Positions 1 to 12,400 of a stretch of 64,000 nucleotides of DNA are shown here, one piece after another. Within the stretch, counting starts at the first letter, position 1; every line of letters begins with the position of its first letter. The notes beneath the pieces are model-generated. The model worked only from the letters and a program-made list of their open reading frames with translations. It made no database searches and was not told the DNA's origin. Source of the DNA: Klebsormidium nitens (taxonomy: Eukaryota; Plantae; Klebsormidiophyceae); contig DF236963.1 in the NCBI GenBank assembly GCA_000708835.1, forward strand, positions 186,001 to 250,000, in the 5' to 3' direction. A program made the position numbers and the translations under genes.

Positions 1-1152
1 CCGCGCGGAGGAGGAGGGGAAAGTGCGGGACAAGAAGAGGGTGAGAGAGCATGCCGCGCAACCTGACTCCTGAGCACACGCAAAATCGTTGCAACTCTTC
101 GCGCTTGAGGTGCTTTTGATACTTACTCGGTTGGGACCTTCAAGGAGGGACCACTCTACGCATGCCATGCGCTAGACATCTGACGAGATACGAAAACGGA
201 GTTCTTTCTTGAACGCAGGCTCAGGAAGCTCAACGCGCAAAGTCAAGATACATACACAAAATGAGAAGCCGTGGGTCTAAGCTGCTTTTACTGCTCATCC
301 GGCGTTCGAACAAAGAGCCATTCAACGCAGGCTACACTTGACACCTGGATGGATATAAACACAGACGTGAATTGTCGACACAGGCTCAGGAAACGCAGCG
401 CATAAAGATCATATTAAGTACGTAAATGATGAAGCCGTTGGTCTAAGCTGCTTGTAAGACTCCCTTGTTTTCAGACTTTTCAAAGAAAGCCACTCTGCGC
501 ATATCTCGCTCTAGGCGTTTGACAAGAGTTCGAAACGACTCTGTTTCTCTTCGCGTAGGCTCAAGAAGCTCAGCGCGGAGAGATTGACCGGCAGCTCCGA
601 ATGAAGCACGCGCTGCAGGAGACGAAAGCGGACCGGGTGCGGAAAGAGGTGGAAGGTACGCTGACCTGATTTTTCTTCCCCTTGTCGCGATCCTCAGCTA
701 TTTGGCAGTACAGTTACAAAGAGAATCGAAAATACAAAACCGAGGGCTACTTCACGCTCACCTTCAAGCTTACCTACGACTGTACCAGGGAATATGTTGT
801 TACCACAGAAAAGAGCTCCAGAAAAGGGCTCACATGCCGTTGATCTTAAGTACTATGAGACGCTCTTTTTGGAGGCCTTTCGATCCGCTCCTCTTTGCAT
901 CACCGAGCTGAAGCCTCGGACGACTTTACGGCAGTTCTCAAGCCCTTCTTAAGCCACCCTACAGTGTTTGTCCAAGCAAGTGAGAAGCTTTGAGCGGATG
1001 CACGGATGCGTCTCTTAACAGTCAATCTTGTCTCGTCTTCTGCAGAAGCCAAAGCGCAAGACCAAGTCTTCCAGACGATGGTCTCGAAAGCTACGTCCGT
1101 CCCGCTGCAAAAGAAGTACCATGGTCGGAGAAAATTTGACTGGTACAGCTGA
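1..1152 (+). CDS. 3' end of a coiled-coil protein gene (5' partial), possibly a TPH-type ciliary microtubule-inner protein
   Basis: Exons 2-40 (RAEEEGKVRDKKR|gtgaga), 559-655 (tag|AQEAQRGEIDRQLRMKHALQETKADRVRKEVE|gtacg) and 1046-1152 (cag|EAKAQDQVFQTMVSKATSVPLQKKYHGRRKFDWYS*) join in consistent phase. The composition is charged and helical. The family assignment is only a guess. Confidence 0.65.
150..580 (+). repeat. Degenerate tandem triplication (~165-175 bp period) spanning the intron 3' splice site and exon start
   Basis: AG|GCTCA(G/A)GAA(G/A)C recurs at 217, 382 and 557. The first two copies are followed by the shared GAAGCCGT(G/T)GGTCTAAGCTGCTT. Confidence 0.8.
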
Positions 1153-1659
1153 GCGGTGTACTGTCTAGCACGTGGCGAGTATTATAAATTAGTAAGCTTG
1201 TGAACATTCTAATTCTCTCTGTGTATACCTTCTATATCCACGGTGGATTCACCTATCATGACCACGGGATGCAGGCGCTCTGAAATCTCTCTCGTATATG
1301 CAATCCGGATACTCAGGTTGACGTGTCCGGCCTGATAAGATCGACTTACATCTTCAAGCCCCTCGCAGAATCTCTACGAGCCAGAACAGATAACTGTAGG
1401 GCTATAATCGAATGTCCAATCACCGCATAATCATAATCATTATTCAACCCTTTCTGCAAATGCAAACAACCGTCGCGGCTTGGCATGCTCTACATATTAG
1501 CCTCATGTCTAAACTGAGCAGGCACCCGCCAAAATGTGTTGCAGGCTGCACCAGGGCACGTCGATGTACTTTGATTGACGCAATATGTGGCTTAGACTAT
1601 CGTATACTTGCATGATTTGGCACATGGTACGTCAGTGTGCGTGAAACGTATGAAGCCGT

Positions 1660-2380
1660 CGAGCCGGCCCAGTATATAGCCGGCAAACGACAGACAAACT
1701 ATTTGCAAAAGAGCCAGAAAACAAAGGTTTCATATACCGCTGATATTCGCGAGAACTTCGAAACAATATAGCTTATATTGCGCGACGAATTGGGAAAGGC
1801 GCTGGTGGAAGCATACCCGGAGGCTACCCATCGTAATTACGCAGCCACACCTCGAGCCATCACCCGGTGGCGTGCAAAGCAGCGCAACCTCCATATGTGC
1901 GGCCTCACGCATGCGCAGATCTCAGGGAGGCGCTTTGGAACTGCTCTTTTCGAATCAATCATTCTCATGTAGTAAACACTAATCCAAGGAAAAGGTGAAG
2001 GCCGCTACGAAGAGGCGGCAGGTCTGCAATTGGATCAGGGAGAAACGCTGCGCGATCGCTTTATGGCCATTGACAGCAATTGCTAATGAGAAGGAACGCA
2101 CCCAGCTTGAAATTTGCGTCTGATCAGGTGGTATTTGCGGTCGCAGCAGCAGCATGCCGTCGCAGGCAGCAGAGAAAGCCTCGCGCAGGGCGGAGAAGAA
2201 GGCCAGCGAGTTCAATCAGCGCTGGAAAACGAAAACCAGCATACCTGAAGAATCCACTCAAGTAAAGATTGCTTTTGAGGAATACAGGTCGATCTTTCAT
2301 GAGGCCCTGAAAGCATGCAAAGCAACTTCCATCCAGGAAGAAGAGGGAGGGAGGGAGCCTCGTCAGCTTTGTCCTCCCTG
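1660..2380 (+). pseudogene. Decayed coding-like stretch upstream of the MYND gene; 2154-2357 may be its true N-terminus
   Basis: The frames EPAQYIAGKRQTNYLQ..I*LILRDELGKALVEAYPEA.. and SKEKVKAATKRRQVCNWIREK..ICV*SGGICG..MPSQAAEK read like protein but carry isolated stops and a frame change. Confidence 0.3.
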
Positions 2381-2382
2381 GT

Positions 2383-4981
2383 ATGGACCAGGACGCAACC
2401 TTGAGAGGCTATCTGCCTGCTCTGTACGAAAAGGCAAAGTTCTGCCGACGGGAGGATTGCCTCAAAGCACAGATTGCGAAGCTTCAGGACTACGTGCAGT
2501 TCGCGACCCCTGAGGTTGAGAACTCCTCTTGCCCGCCAGATAATCTGTATCTCACAGTGAAAACCCTAGAGTTTGTCTTGAAGATGGATCAATCTCTTCG
2601 GTGCCCTGGAGTTCCTGAGGAGCTCTCTGGGGTGGTGTACCGTCCTTTCAGCAAGGACTCCGGGGAGCTTTTTGTGGCAGCAGTGCTTGGATCCGAGACT
2701 GGGGACAACTGGATTGGACACAGCTACTTGAGCCAGTGGAACATGAGCGAGGAGGAAGTAATCGACTTGGGATTTCAGAACATCGACAAAATCACTCCAA
2801 AGAAGCTCAACTGCCGGCAGATCAAGAAGCCCGAAGACATGCCGAAGTTCTTTTCTCAGAGGAGGAGCAAGCTGACTCCTATCCTGCACTATGAGATTAG
2901 AGGAAGCAGCGGCTTGCTACATGTAGATTTTGCAGACCAGCGTGCCTTGCCGCGTCTCTTGCTTCCAAGAGTAATCGAGAGGTTTGCAGAGATCCTCAAG
3001 TGCGATGCCACATCTCTGGTCTTCATCCCATTCGACAATGGAAGCATGCACGTAGGAAACGCGGAAGACCGTATTGGAATGCTGAACCTTTCTATCATCC
3101 AAAAGCTGCCTCAACTTCAAGGAGACCCTACCAGAGCAAAGTTCAGAGTCACGTGGAATCCGTTCCGAGTAAGGGCTTCTGCCCTTCCTGCCCTTTCTGC
3201 TCCTCGTGCTGTGTTCGAATCAAACATGCAATGCTTGTGAACAATGAACACGCGTGTCTAAAAGCTGCGTATGCAGTGTCAATAACATAGAAGAACCTGC
3301 GCTCATATTGCAAAGCTTATGTTAAAGGAGAGATCGGAAGCACAATGTTCCAGAATCTGCGCTCACACGCGACTTGCTACAACATCCTGAACCTAGTTCA
3401 ATCCTAGTGAGACCTGGTTGTATTCTTCTTTTCCAAAGGTAACCTGGCAATTTCGATGAGACGAAACAAAGCAAAGGAGTCTCTCTTGTGGAAGTCTGAA
3501 TCAGCTTTTCGCTTCGCATTGCGTTTTGCCATGTCTGTAATAACAGCAGAACCTCACGGCGGATCCACCTCTTCAGGATTTGACAAAGCAGTTTCTTCGA
3601 AGGGGCGACTGAATGTCCGCAAACTTCTGCCTTCCGGTCGCCCTCGCAGGTGTCAAACCCATGCAATGAGAAGGGCTTGGTTGAGCTGGAGCCGTACCTA
3701 GTGAACGGGGGGCGCATCGCGGTTCAGTTTTGGGAAAAGGACAAGATGAAGATCTTCCACCCCATGCCCCGGACAAAGGATGACATTACCTATGTCGAGA
3801 ACGTCATGAAAAACCCGAGCCTGAAAAACCCGCTCTTCATTCTGCCGGAGCACGTCTTTCTCGAGGGGGTCTGCTGGAACGTGAGCTTATCTGTCTGGCC
3901 GTCCCAAAATGGTTCAACATACGTAAGATAGTACATTCGAAACTGCAAGAGACCGTTTTCAGCTGGATCCAAGAAGGGTTGCCTTGAGGTTGCATGGCAC
4001 GAATCCAACGACTTTGGTCGACATTCTGCTGATCCGACCACTTTCTGTGAACACGGCGGGTAAGTATGAGAGAGACTGGCACGATCTTGCCTGCTGTTGA
4101 GATACGAAATGATATTTTGAACTGTCTCTTCCTCGGTGCAGTGCCGAAAGCAGGTGGAGCGGTTGATGAAGTGCGCGAAGTGCCGCAAAGCAAGCTACTG
4201 TTCGAAAGGTAAGCCAGCAGGAGCCGTATGACGAGCTCTGAGAACTTTGGAGCCTCATGAGGATTGAGATTTGCACAACGACGGATGCAGCGCCAAAGTC
4301 TGTGTCTGGCAGCCTTGTCAGGCGAGGCCTGATATCCAAGACGATCGCAATCACGAACGAAACGACCACCTATCGTTCCACATGAGAAGGTCTTGCGCAG
4401 AAAACGATCGGCAAAGCTTTCCTTCACTTTGCTCCCAATTTGAGCCCAACCGTCCCCGTTTGGCTCAGCTGCATACCGTATGCTTTGTCCGCTGCTGCTC
4501 GTGATCGGCATCCTGCATTCTAAGCGGGTAGCAAAGTTCCCGCTCATATGTCTGCGGCCGAACTTCCTGCGGCTTGTACAGCATGCTTATGAGAGCCCTT
4601 TCATGACGATTTGAGACTCGAAATCGAGGTGGACGGCTCAAATGCAAGCTCGTGGTCGTGTATTAATTGTATTTGTTCTAAGGCATGCCAATCTTCGCTT
4701 CAACTATCAGCCCCTTGTAAGAGGGCACGTACTTAAGCACCTAATGAACTTGCTTTAAGGCTGACGCTTCTCACAAAGCTTTTCCCACAGAGTGTCAGAA
4801 GAAGGCGTGGAACGATGGCCACAAGTGGAACTGCGCGGAGAGGCGGGAGTTCTGGAAGAAGGGGAGGAAACAGCGCCTGCATGTGAGTGAGGAGCTGCGA
4901 GAGAAAGCAAAGGTCGCTAAAGAGAGTCTCTCAGAACAAGACTTGGCCCGCTTGAAGAAGATGGGGATGACGCAATCGTAG
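2383..4981 (+). CDS. DUF1444/YtpQ-like domain plus C-terminal MYND zinc finger protein (start uncertain, possibly 2154)
   Basis: Exons 2383-3167, 3650-3880, 4142-4208 and 4791-4981 have canonical GT-AG and consistent phase. The spliced C-terminus CWNCRKQVERLMKCAKCRKASYCSKECQKKAWNDGHKWNC is a MYND consensus. Exon 1 resembles DUF1444 (recalled motifs). Confidence 0.85.
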
Positions 4982-5503
4982 GTTCGCACGATTAAAATAC
5001 CGAGAATGAGCACCCATCCTTTATTCAGCAACCAGAAGTGTCAGGTCGGAGGTGCGGGGATTTGAAGTCATTATAATGAGTCGAAAAACGTACCAAGGTC
5101 TTGTTCGGAAGGTCGCGGATGGACAGTTCTCTTATAGCCCGTGCGTATCAAAGGCATGGGGCGGATCCCTGCGCTGTTTGCAGACCCTGCTTTGTCAAAA
5201 GCATGCGCAGTGTTGCAATCGACGCGGAACACCCAAATGGGCAACGTTGCAACCATCTGTGCTTATTGACCCTAAGCGGCAGTTACGATACTGCTTGAGT
5301 CTGGCTTCGAGTGTCACAGCTCGAGTCGGGCTACAGCTATGCGACGCGAGCAGACGGTTTCTCAGGCTGTTCAGGATCTCGACACCTCGGATGAAAAGAT
5401 ATGCAGGTTGGCGGGGCGCCTGGATAAATGATGTAGCCAATATTATGGTGCAATATGCCCGCTAGCGCAACCCTACTTGGCGTACCGGTACTCATCTACC
5501 TAG

Positions 5504-5600
5504 TGGATGCCAAATTCGTTATGAATCATCGATCATGCATTGCGTATTAGTGTCTACCTTGGATGCCAAACTCCTTATAAGTATCAGCGATTGAACATCA
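5504..5600 (+). repeat. Imperfect direct repeat (~55 bp period), CTACCT(AG/T)TGGATGCCAAA
   Basis: tctacctagtggatgccaaattcgttat followed by tctaccttggatgccaaactccttat. Confidence 0.6.
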
Positions 5601-5860
5601 CACGTATCGTGCACGATTGACCGATCGCCGCCGGCGCGCAGCTCAGCTTGGCATGTTCGCCGTCACACTAAACCGTGACGGTATTGCGAAGCTAGCTTGA
5701 ATAAGCCATGCGTGCCAGCAGATCGACATGTGCGTGGTACAATCACGAAACGGCGCACGCACCATGACTCATACGCACATATATGCATGTGGCGCGCGGC
5801 CCCATTGTCTTCAAAAGTTTGCCAGGGGAAGTCCACAAAGCTTCATGACTTACGCATGTG
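5530..5860. other. CATG/palindrome-rich intergenic island (convergent spacer, MYND/G-patch)
   Basis: 8 CATG counted in ~330 bp, plus GATC, TGCA and GCGC words. Confidence 0.6.
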
Positions 5861-6063
5861 CAACCTGTCAATCATAGACTCGCTTCGTTCTCCAACATAC
5901 CCGCTCCTTAGCTAGTACTTACTGAAGGATCTTGTGAAAACGAAAGCAAGGACTGAACGAAGTGAGGGATGCGAGCCAATTGGTATAAGATTGATCTCCC
6001 GAAATCCTTAGTCCTAGCCACGTCAGCTTCGAACATGCCACGCACCGCTGTGCTGAAGCAGTC

Positions 6064-8749
6064 TCAGACATTGTCCGGGGCAAAGGCTCGGTATATGTAC
6101 TTAGCAATGGCCTCTTCCTTTTCCTTCTCCCTTTCCTTCTTCTGCTTCAATTCTGCCCGGGTTAGTTGTCGCTTGCCTCGATCAGCGCTAGTCCCAGATT
6201 CTGGCACATCCTGCAGAGACGAGATCGACAGACTGTGAGACGCCTAAATGTACTCAGCTCAAGAAAATGGCTGCGAGAATGGTCTCCCAAATCTGAGACC
6301 ACTGCAAACAAGGACTCGAGCAGGACACATAGATAAGCGCACAACGCAGTGGTGACAGTAACCGACTGAGGAGAGTGAGAACCGCTGTCTTCCAAGAGGC
6401 CGTCTAGGGATTGTGTTCGTCCCCGAAGTTAAAAGGACCGTCGTTCTTGTTGTTAGGCTGCGAGTCCCTTTATCGGATGCCCGACCTGCTTTTCCTCCAG
6501 GAGTCTGATACTGAGTGTTTAGAGTAGAACAGTGAACCTCCAATTTCAGCTGTGCCGTCGTCATTCCCAGCCAAACATCAAGCATAAAACATTCCTTACA
6601 ATCCTTGGTCCCTGAAATGTATCTCTGCCTACAGGAGATGCTGGCACACATGAAGCAAGGAATCTGGAAAGGATATACCAGGACAAGTCCAAGCTGATGA
6701 GGACAGCAATTGAAGGTTCAAATGAAAGGAAACCCGCTTTTTTGCCAACCCTTTCAGAGAGTTCCCTGTGACTTCTCTAAATTGACCTTGTCACGAGTCT
6801 TTCCAGGTCACCCTCAACGCGGAACACATTGATTGAGCGACTCCTTCGCGCATCTGAGTGGGACTGACGAGCGCATCAATAAGAAAGCGAGCAGACAAGA
6901 CGAAACAAAGTGGAGATTGCTGACAGGAAATCATATTACCTTTCGCTTCTTGGTGGAACTGACTCCTGGCACTTGCTTGGCCTGCTTGTCAGCGCCGATG
7001 CCTCGCTTATCCCCCTTCATATGCGCATTCAATGGTTCCAGGGGTCCCTGCAAAACGAAGTAGCAGCTTAGCAAGACGGGCCAAAGTGCGACACAGACTT
7101 TCAACCCTCCAGGTCTGTGCTTTGAGTTCGCAGGTCTGACAGACACCCTTGAGAACTGCTAATGTGTTGGTGAGTCTCCCACTAGCGGGTTACAGAGGTT
7201 CCCGACACGGCGCAAGATTGATGGCCAAGACTCAGCGGCTCCTTCTTCTTTGTGATTTTGGTCTTTGCTGCCTTGTTCTCTGCCTTCGCGTGTCAGCCTC
7301 GAGCCAGGTACTTCTTGTCGGCTCTTCTGAATGTCTGCTTTCAAGAGCACGCGACAAGCGTGCTAGAGTTTACCGCAAAGATGACCAGATGCAATTCATC
7401 ATAAGCTACAAATGTCAATCACACTGAGGGTGATCGATGAACACAATGGAGCTCTTGACTCGAGCTGGACGCTGGCAACAGACTAGACAAGAAGCTCGTA
7501 CATCCTCATGTAAGAACAAACTTGTGAGGAACAAAGAACAGCTTGCTCACCTGCCCTGATGCCCCTAAACCTGTCTTCTCATTCCAGCCAGCTTTCTTCA
7601 ACATCTGCAGGGTACAAGAACCTAGTCAGTGGGAAAATGCGCATGGAATCAGGAGAACGGTCTTTTGGAGTATGGTACCCCAACGAAGTGAGAGTAAACG
7701 AAGCACCGGTCTTTCCTGAGAAGAAGGTGCGTCCGTCAACAACATGTCCGAACAAGCTTGCCCACATATCAGTCTTTGGTCAAACTGAAATCAATTGAAA
7801 GTGTTTCTTTGCCATATCCACAGCAACACAACTTTCTGATGAACACGACCACTCCACCAATGATGGCAAAATCATGCGCACAAATGTCAGATGCAACTAT
7901 AAGGAAGCGCATCGAAGATGCTAGAATTCTCTTGAATCAACCCATTCGTTGGCCTGCTGTGACTATGGAAGCCATGCGCCCAACTGCGGAGGCTCCCAGA
8001 CGCCAATGAACAACATAAGAGCACGAACCTCGTGCCTGTAAACCTTTTGTGTCTTTGCAAACATTGTAGTGGGGCAAAGCGCCAACTTAGCCAATCAAAG
8101 CACAAACGATAGATAGCAGTGCCACAGGGGACAACAGCCTTACCTTATAGCCTATGTTTTCTTCCGGGATCTTCATCCGGTACGCAGGGGCTCTTTTGTC
8201 TTGGGCGCCAAGTGACCTGACTCCTTGCCCCCCTCCGTCTAGGTTCCGCCCGCTAGAACCACCGCCAAAAGATCCTGGCTCGAAATTTCGTTGCTCTTTA
8301 CTAAAGTCCGAGTGATCAAAAGTCTTTGTTTGAAAGCCCTTATTCACCCCTGGTCTTGGCCCAGCACCATCTACTGACTGACTCGGACTGCGCCAATCTT
8401 GTTGTATGTCTGTACAGTCATCCCTGAGACTACTGCCTGCTTCCCTGTGTGAATCTATCCTGTTTGAGAGGATCTCTTCCACTTCAGTATACTTCTCTCG
8501 CTTTTCGGTTTCATCGTGCCTCCCTCTGTTCAGTAGCCTCTCCACTGGAATCTCTCGGCTGGTGTTCCCAACACCTGGCCCGGCCTCAGAGTGCCCTGGT
8601 GCATCACGGATGCCCCCATTCCCTGCTTCTGCGTCACCTGCACGGTTGCTGAGTCCCACTAGTGAAGCATAGAAACTCGCAATGCTAGCACCATCTAGAC
8701 TGTCTTTACGGTCCACGACAGACTTTCCGATTCCCAGGGCCATGGTCAT
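6064..8749 (-). CDS. G-patch domain protein (plant GPANK1-homolog-like)
   Basis: Exons 8749-8144, 7604-7551, ~7048-6941 and 6210-6064 splice to KIPEENIGYK|MLKKAGWNEKTGLGASGQ|GPLEPLNAHMKGDKRGIG, a complete G-patch. The C-terminus YRAFAPDNV* resembles the plant family ending in WPDNV. Confidence 0.88.
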
Positions 8750-9184
8750 CTTCCGACCCTGTCTCCTAATAATGAAACTTCCAAAAAGATCAGCTCAGCG
8801 GAGTTGCGGGCAGTGTTTCACCCTCTCGCACTCCCCAAGCACGCTGCCTCCGCTCTGAGCCTTTAATCAAGATGCATCCAATGGCAAGCGTGTCGCCGAC
8901 CCGCCAAAAATTTTCAGAACTTCTCACCTGAGGCACTCGAGTCCCTGGACTGCAGCGCTTTGGTGATAGTGGCTGCGCGCGCGCGCGCTCATCCTCTCAG
9001 TGTTATTTATTTTGCTTCCCCTCATTATAAGTGTCATAATTCTCCGGCTTCTGCGTATCCCTGTCGAAGTCCGAATACCTTCTCGGGGCGCTCTAAAGCT
9101 TCGACGGTGCTTGGACGCAATTGCATAGTACCTCAAACACTTAAATAGGCTAAACGCCGATTTATTACAGGCATCAGCCTTCTC

Positions 9185-9240
9185 GCCTTCACAGGCTTCA
9201 GCCTTCAGCCTTCAGCCTTCAGCCTTCACTGTCAGCCTTT
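9185..9240 (+). repeat. Heptamer microsatellite (GCCTTCA)n in a divergent promoter
   Basis: ggcttca gccttca gccttca gccttca gccttca, flanked by degenerate copies. Confidence 0.85.
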
Positions 9241-9421
9241 GAAGTCGAGGTACCTAGAGCTTCTAAATTCTCACATGGTGGAGGAGGGAGGAGGCAATAA
9301 GATGCCGCTTGGCTCCTTGGCGCGGCACAAACCCAGGGCCACAATGTGCACGAACCACTCCTAAAAGTTCGCAAGCCTAGGAGAGAAGGCCTTTGAAAGA
9401 TCTGCCTCTAACCATTTTTTG

Positions 9422-9430
9422 AAACCCTAA
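9422..9430 (+). promoter_or_regulatory. Telo-box (AAACCCTAA) upstream of the CAND2-like start
   Basis: Exact AAACCCTAA 50 nt upstream of ATG 9480. The telo-box is a known plant 5'-region element. Confidence 0.45.
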
Positions 9431-9479
9431 AGCGGTGGAAGGTCTGGGGAATCCCCCTTTCCTGGGAGGCGCTCCAAGC

Positions 9480-12400
9480 ATGGAGGCGAGAGCCATGCAG
9501 GGCTGGCAAGAGGCCGAGCCAGGCCCTTCCCCCTACTCCACCTCCCCACCCTTCTGCCTTGCTCTAGTTAGCCCCCACACTCAGCATTTTAATGTTATCT
9601 TCTATGACTTAGCGGTTGGCCTGCCAACCATAGTGTTCGTCGCTTACCTGCTAACAAAGGTCAAGGGCTCGGTTAGAAAGCTAGTCAGCAGCAGATCGCA
9701 CATAATGAGTACATACTATGGTTTCCTTTGGATAGTCTGCGCCTTGAACATTCTTCGGGTGCTTGTACAGGTGAGCATGTACAGCCGGTGCTCAGCATCA
9801 GATCTTGCAGTTGCAAGTTCCTGGTCCTGATACCCCTTTGTGAGCAGCAATGCTGTGAATGTAGGCACGCCAGAGTCTCAGAATGGAAGAGTGAAAATTA
9901 GGGTTTCATTTCGTAACTTGTATCAAATTCCTCTCCAAGCGGAGCCATCCTTCAAACCTGGGTGTAGACCTTATCTGAGAGCTATGTCAGACATTACCTG
10001 TGCCATCTATCTCAATTGCTCCGGGAAACAAGGCTGCCTAGTGAAGGTTGAAAAGAGCTCTTACGCCAATTCTTTCTCCAACTGAAAAGAAGCTCTTTTG
10101 AATTGTGCCGTCAGAAGTTGTGTTGAGCAATTCTAATTGTGTTTGGCTGCAGATCTTTGACGCAGAGCCAGCTGATAGCCCCAGGGCCTGGAATGTCACG
10201 TGGCTGATAACTAGGTTCGGGATGGTCCTGCTCGAGGTCTCGGTGGTTGTGTTCCTGTCTCAAGGGTACCTCATAAGCGGCTGGGAGGCTTTAATACGCA
10301 CCGTGGCTTTCTCGGGGGTGTTTGCCATTGTAGATACAGTAATCAAGGTGAGAATGAGCTCATGACGTTGTTCGTGAGATCTGTTGGGGAATGCCTTCTG
10401 TGGTGGCGATCTGTAACACATGGTTTTCCAAATGATACAGGACTTTGGAGTTCCTCTTGGCTGTTTGCAATGCTGACGTCTCAGCGCTTCTCCTTCCCGT
10501 GTGAGCAACATCAGTGCAGACTTCCTGACATGCTGTAATCAGTTTGAGTGCCTCTCTCTGGAGTCTGCTCAATTGTGGAGCTTTTACCGTTTGAGCTGCC
10601 AAACTCGTCCTTCGATTTGTCTCGATGAAATCTGCCCTCCGCCAATACTGCTTACAAACCTAAGATCGAAAACCGTCAGATGTTAGTCGTCAGTACTGCC
10701 TGCACTTAGAGACAAATCCAACTAGACTCATCGTTCAGGGGGAAGGTCTGCCAGTCTACAGACAATCTACATGTCTGTGATTTGACCTTCAGCTCAGACA
10801 GGGGATGCCGAACATGTGGGTGTATTTCCATGACCTGCAGGCAATCTACGTGTTTGGGCTGGGCGTACCCCTGTTCATAACGGAGCCCGACGATGAGGGG
10901 AACTGGCGGAAGTGGTCCTTCTGGATGCTGCACGCGCTGCTCTTCCTGGGAATTTATGCGCTCATTCTAGTTCTTCCGCACACGCGGTGGCGGGACAGGC
11001 TGCCAGGTATGCCTCTAGTTTGAACAGACTGGGAGGCTGTGTGTCTAGTTAGACTGGCCTGCCGAACGTTGTCCCAATCTCATAAGCGGCCCGCTCTGCA
11101 TCACCTGATTGGGGCCACTTATGGCTACTCGTGCCCGCTTGTTGTGAGCTCTTTTACCGCTAAGGGCCGTGGACAGAGGAACACGCTTTTGAAGCAACGC
11201 AGAACCTCCCGCATATGTACTCGTGAGTATTATGGAAAGCTCAAGTATTGGGCTCAACATGGTCAAAAGAGGGAATGACTTTGATCGACAGGCCTGCCAA
11301 AAGTGAGCCAGGCGTGTCGAGATCAAAAGCGATCATCCTTTGCTCGATTCTACAATAAGAGTCCTTGACCTTTCAGCTTTAAAGAGGGCGTCAGATTTCG
11401 ACGTGCACTGGTGGCATCTGAGTCCTGAGGAAGATTCTCATCGGACGGACTGTTATGCATCTTGAAATTTGGTCTCAGCGCCCAATCTGCCAATTCTGCG
11501 GAACATGGTCGCTGAGGCGTTCAGGGTCACAGAACGTCCTCTTTTATAAAGTCGAATCCACAGTCACCCGCAGATGTATTTTGTCAACTTCGGAATGCAA
11601 ACACCTCGTAATGCTCTGAAGGACTCAAGAGTCGCAGCGAAAACCGGAATGCCGTCGAAACGAGACAATCAAAAGCACGCATGTAGGAAATCAACTTGCA
11701 TCCATTTTCCTCCTCTTTTTGCAGCTCGGCCAGCCTTTTACCGCTACGTGTTTGTCCTGTTTCTCATCAACATCGGGCTCACCTTCGGGAGCTTCCTGTT
11801 GGGCCTGGCCGTCGACTTTGGCTACTGGTGAGTTGGTCAATCCATTGATTTTTCTTACGCTGTACTGGTGTCCAGATCTTTCAAACACCAGACTGCTACC
11901 TGGCCTCGATGCTATATGTCGATTTGAAAAGGGCTCGAGGCCCTGCACGTCCTTTTTGGAGTGTATTGCTCCGAGGCTCTCTAATGCAATGCTGTCGAGA
12001 CTTCTCTTTGTTGAGTCTTTCACGCCGTTGAGTCCATCAGGCGTGAAACACTTTCCTACGCCCACCTCCAAGCTTCCCCCAAAAACGGGCAAGAAGAATT
12101 TTTCCTGGTTGTGAAGGCTGCTCTTGAAAGAGTTGGAGAGTTCTTCTCAATCTATCTCGAGATTAACGATCTATATGATTCAAAAGCTGCCTCGCAAGCC
12201 GGGTGTTATATACGAAGTAGGTTCCTTTGATGGTCGAAATGGAAAAGACGCCTTTGTTGACAACAGAACAGTCGTCACCAGAAGCTGAGCAAATCTGTAA
12301 ACTGTACCTTCTCACTGTGCTTCTGATGAGAAAGGGAGCCTCTGCTCCTATAACGACCGGGAGTCGGCTCACGGCTCTTTATTTGTCTATAGGAGCAATC

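Noticed and set aside
5052-5465. Overlapping short ORFs after the MYND gene
   Set aside because: No motif or splice support; cannot be distinguished from 3'UTR or intergenic sequence.
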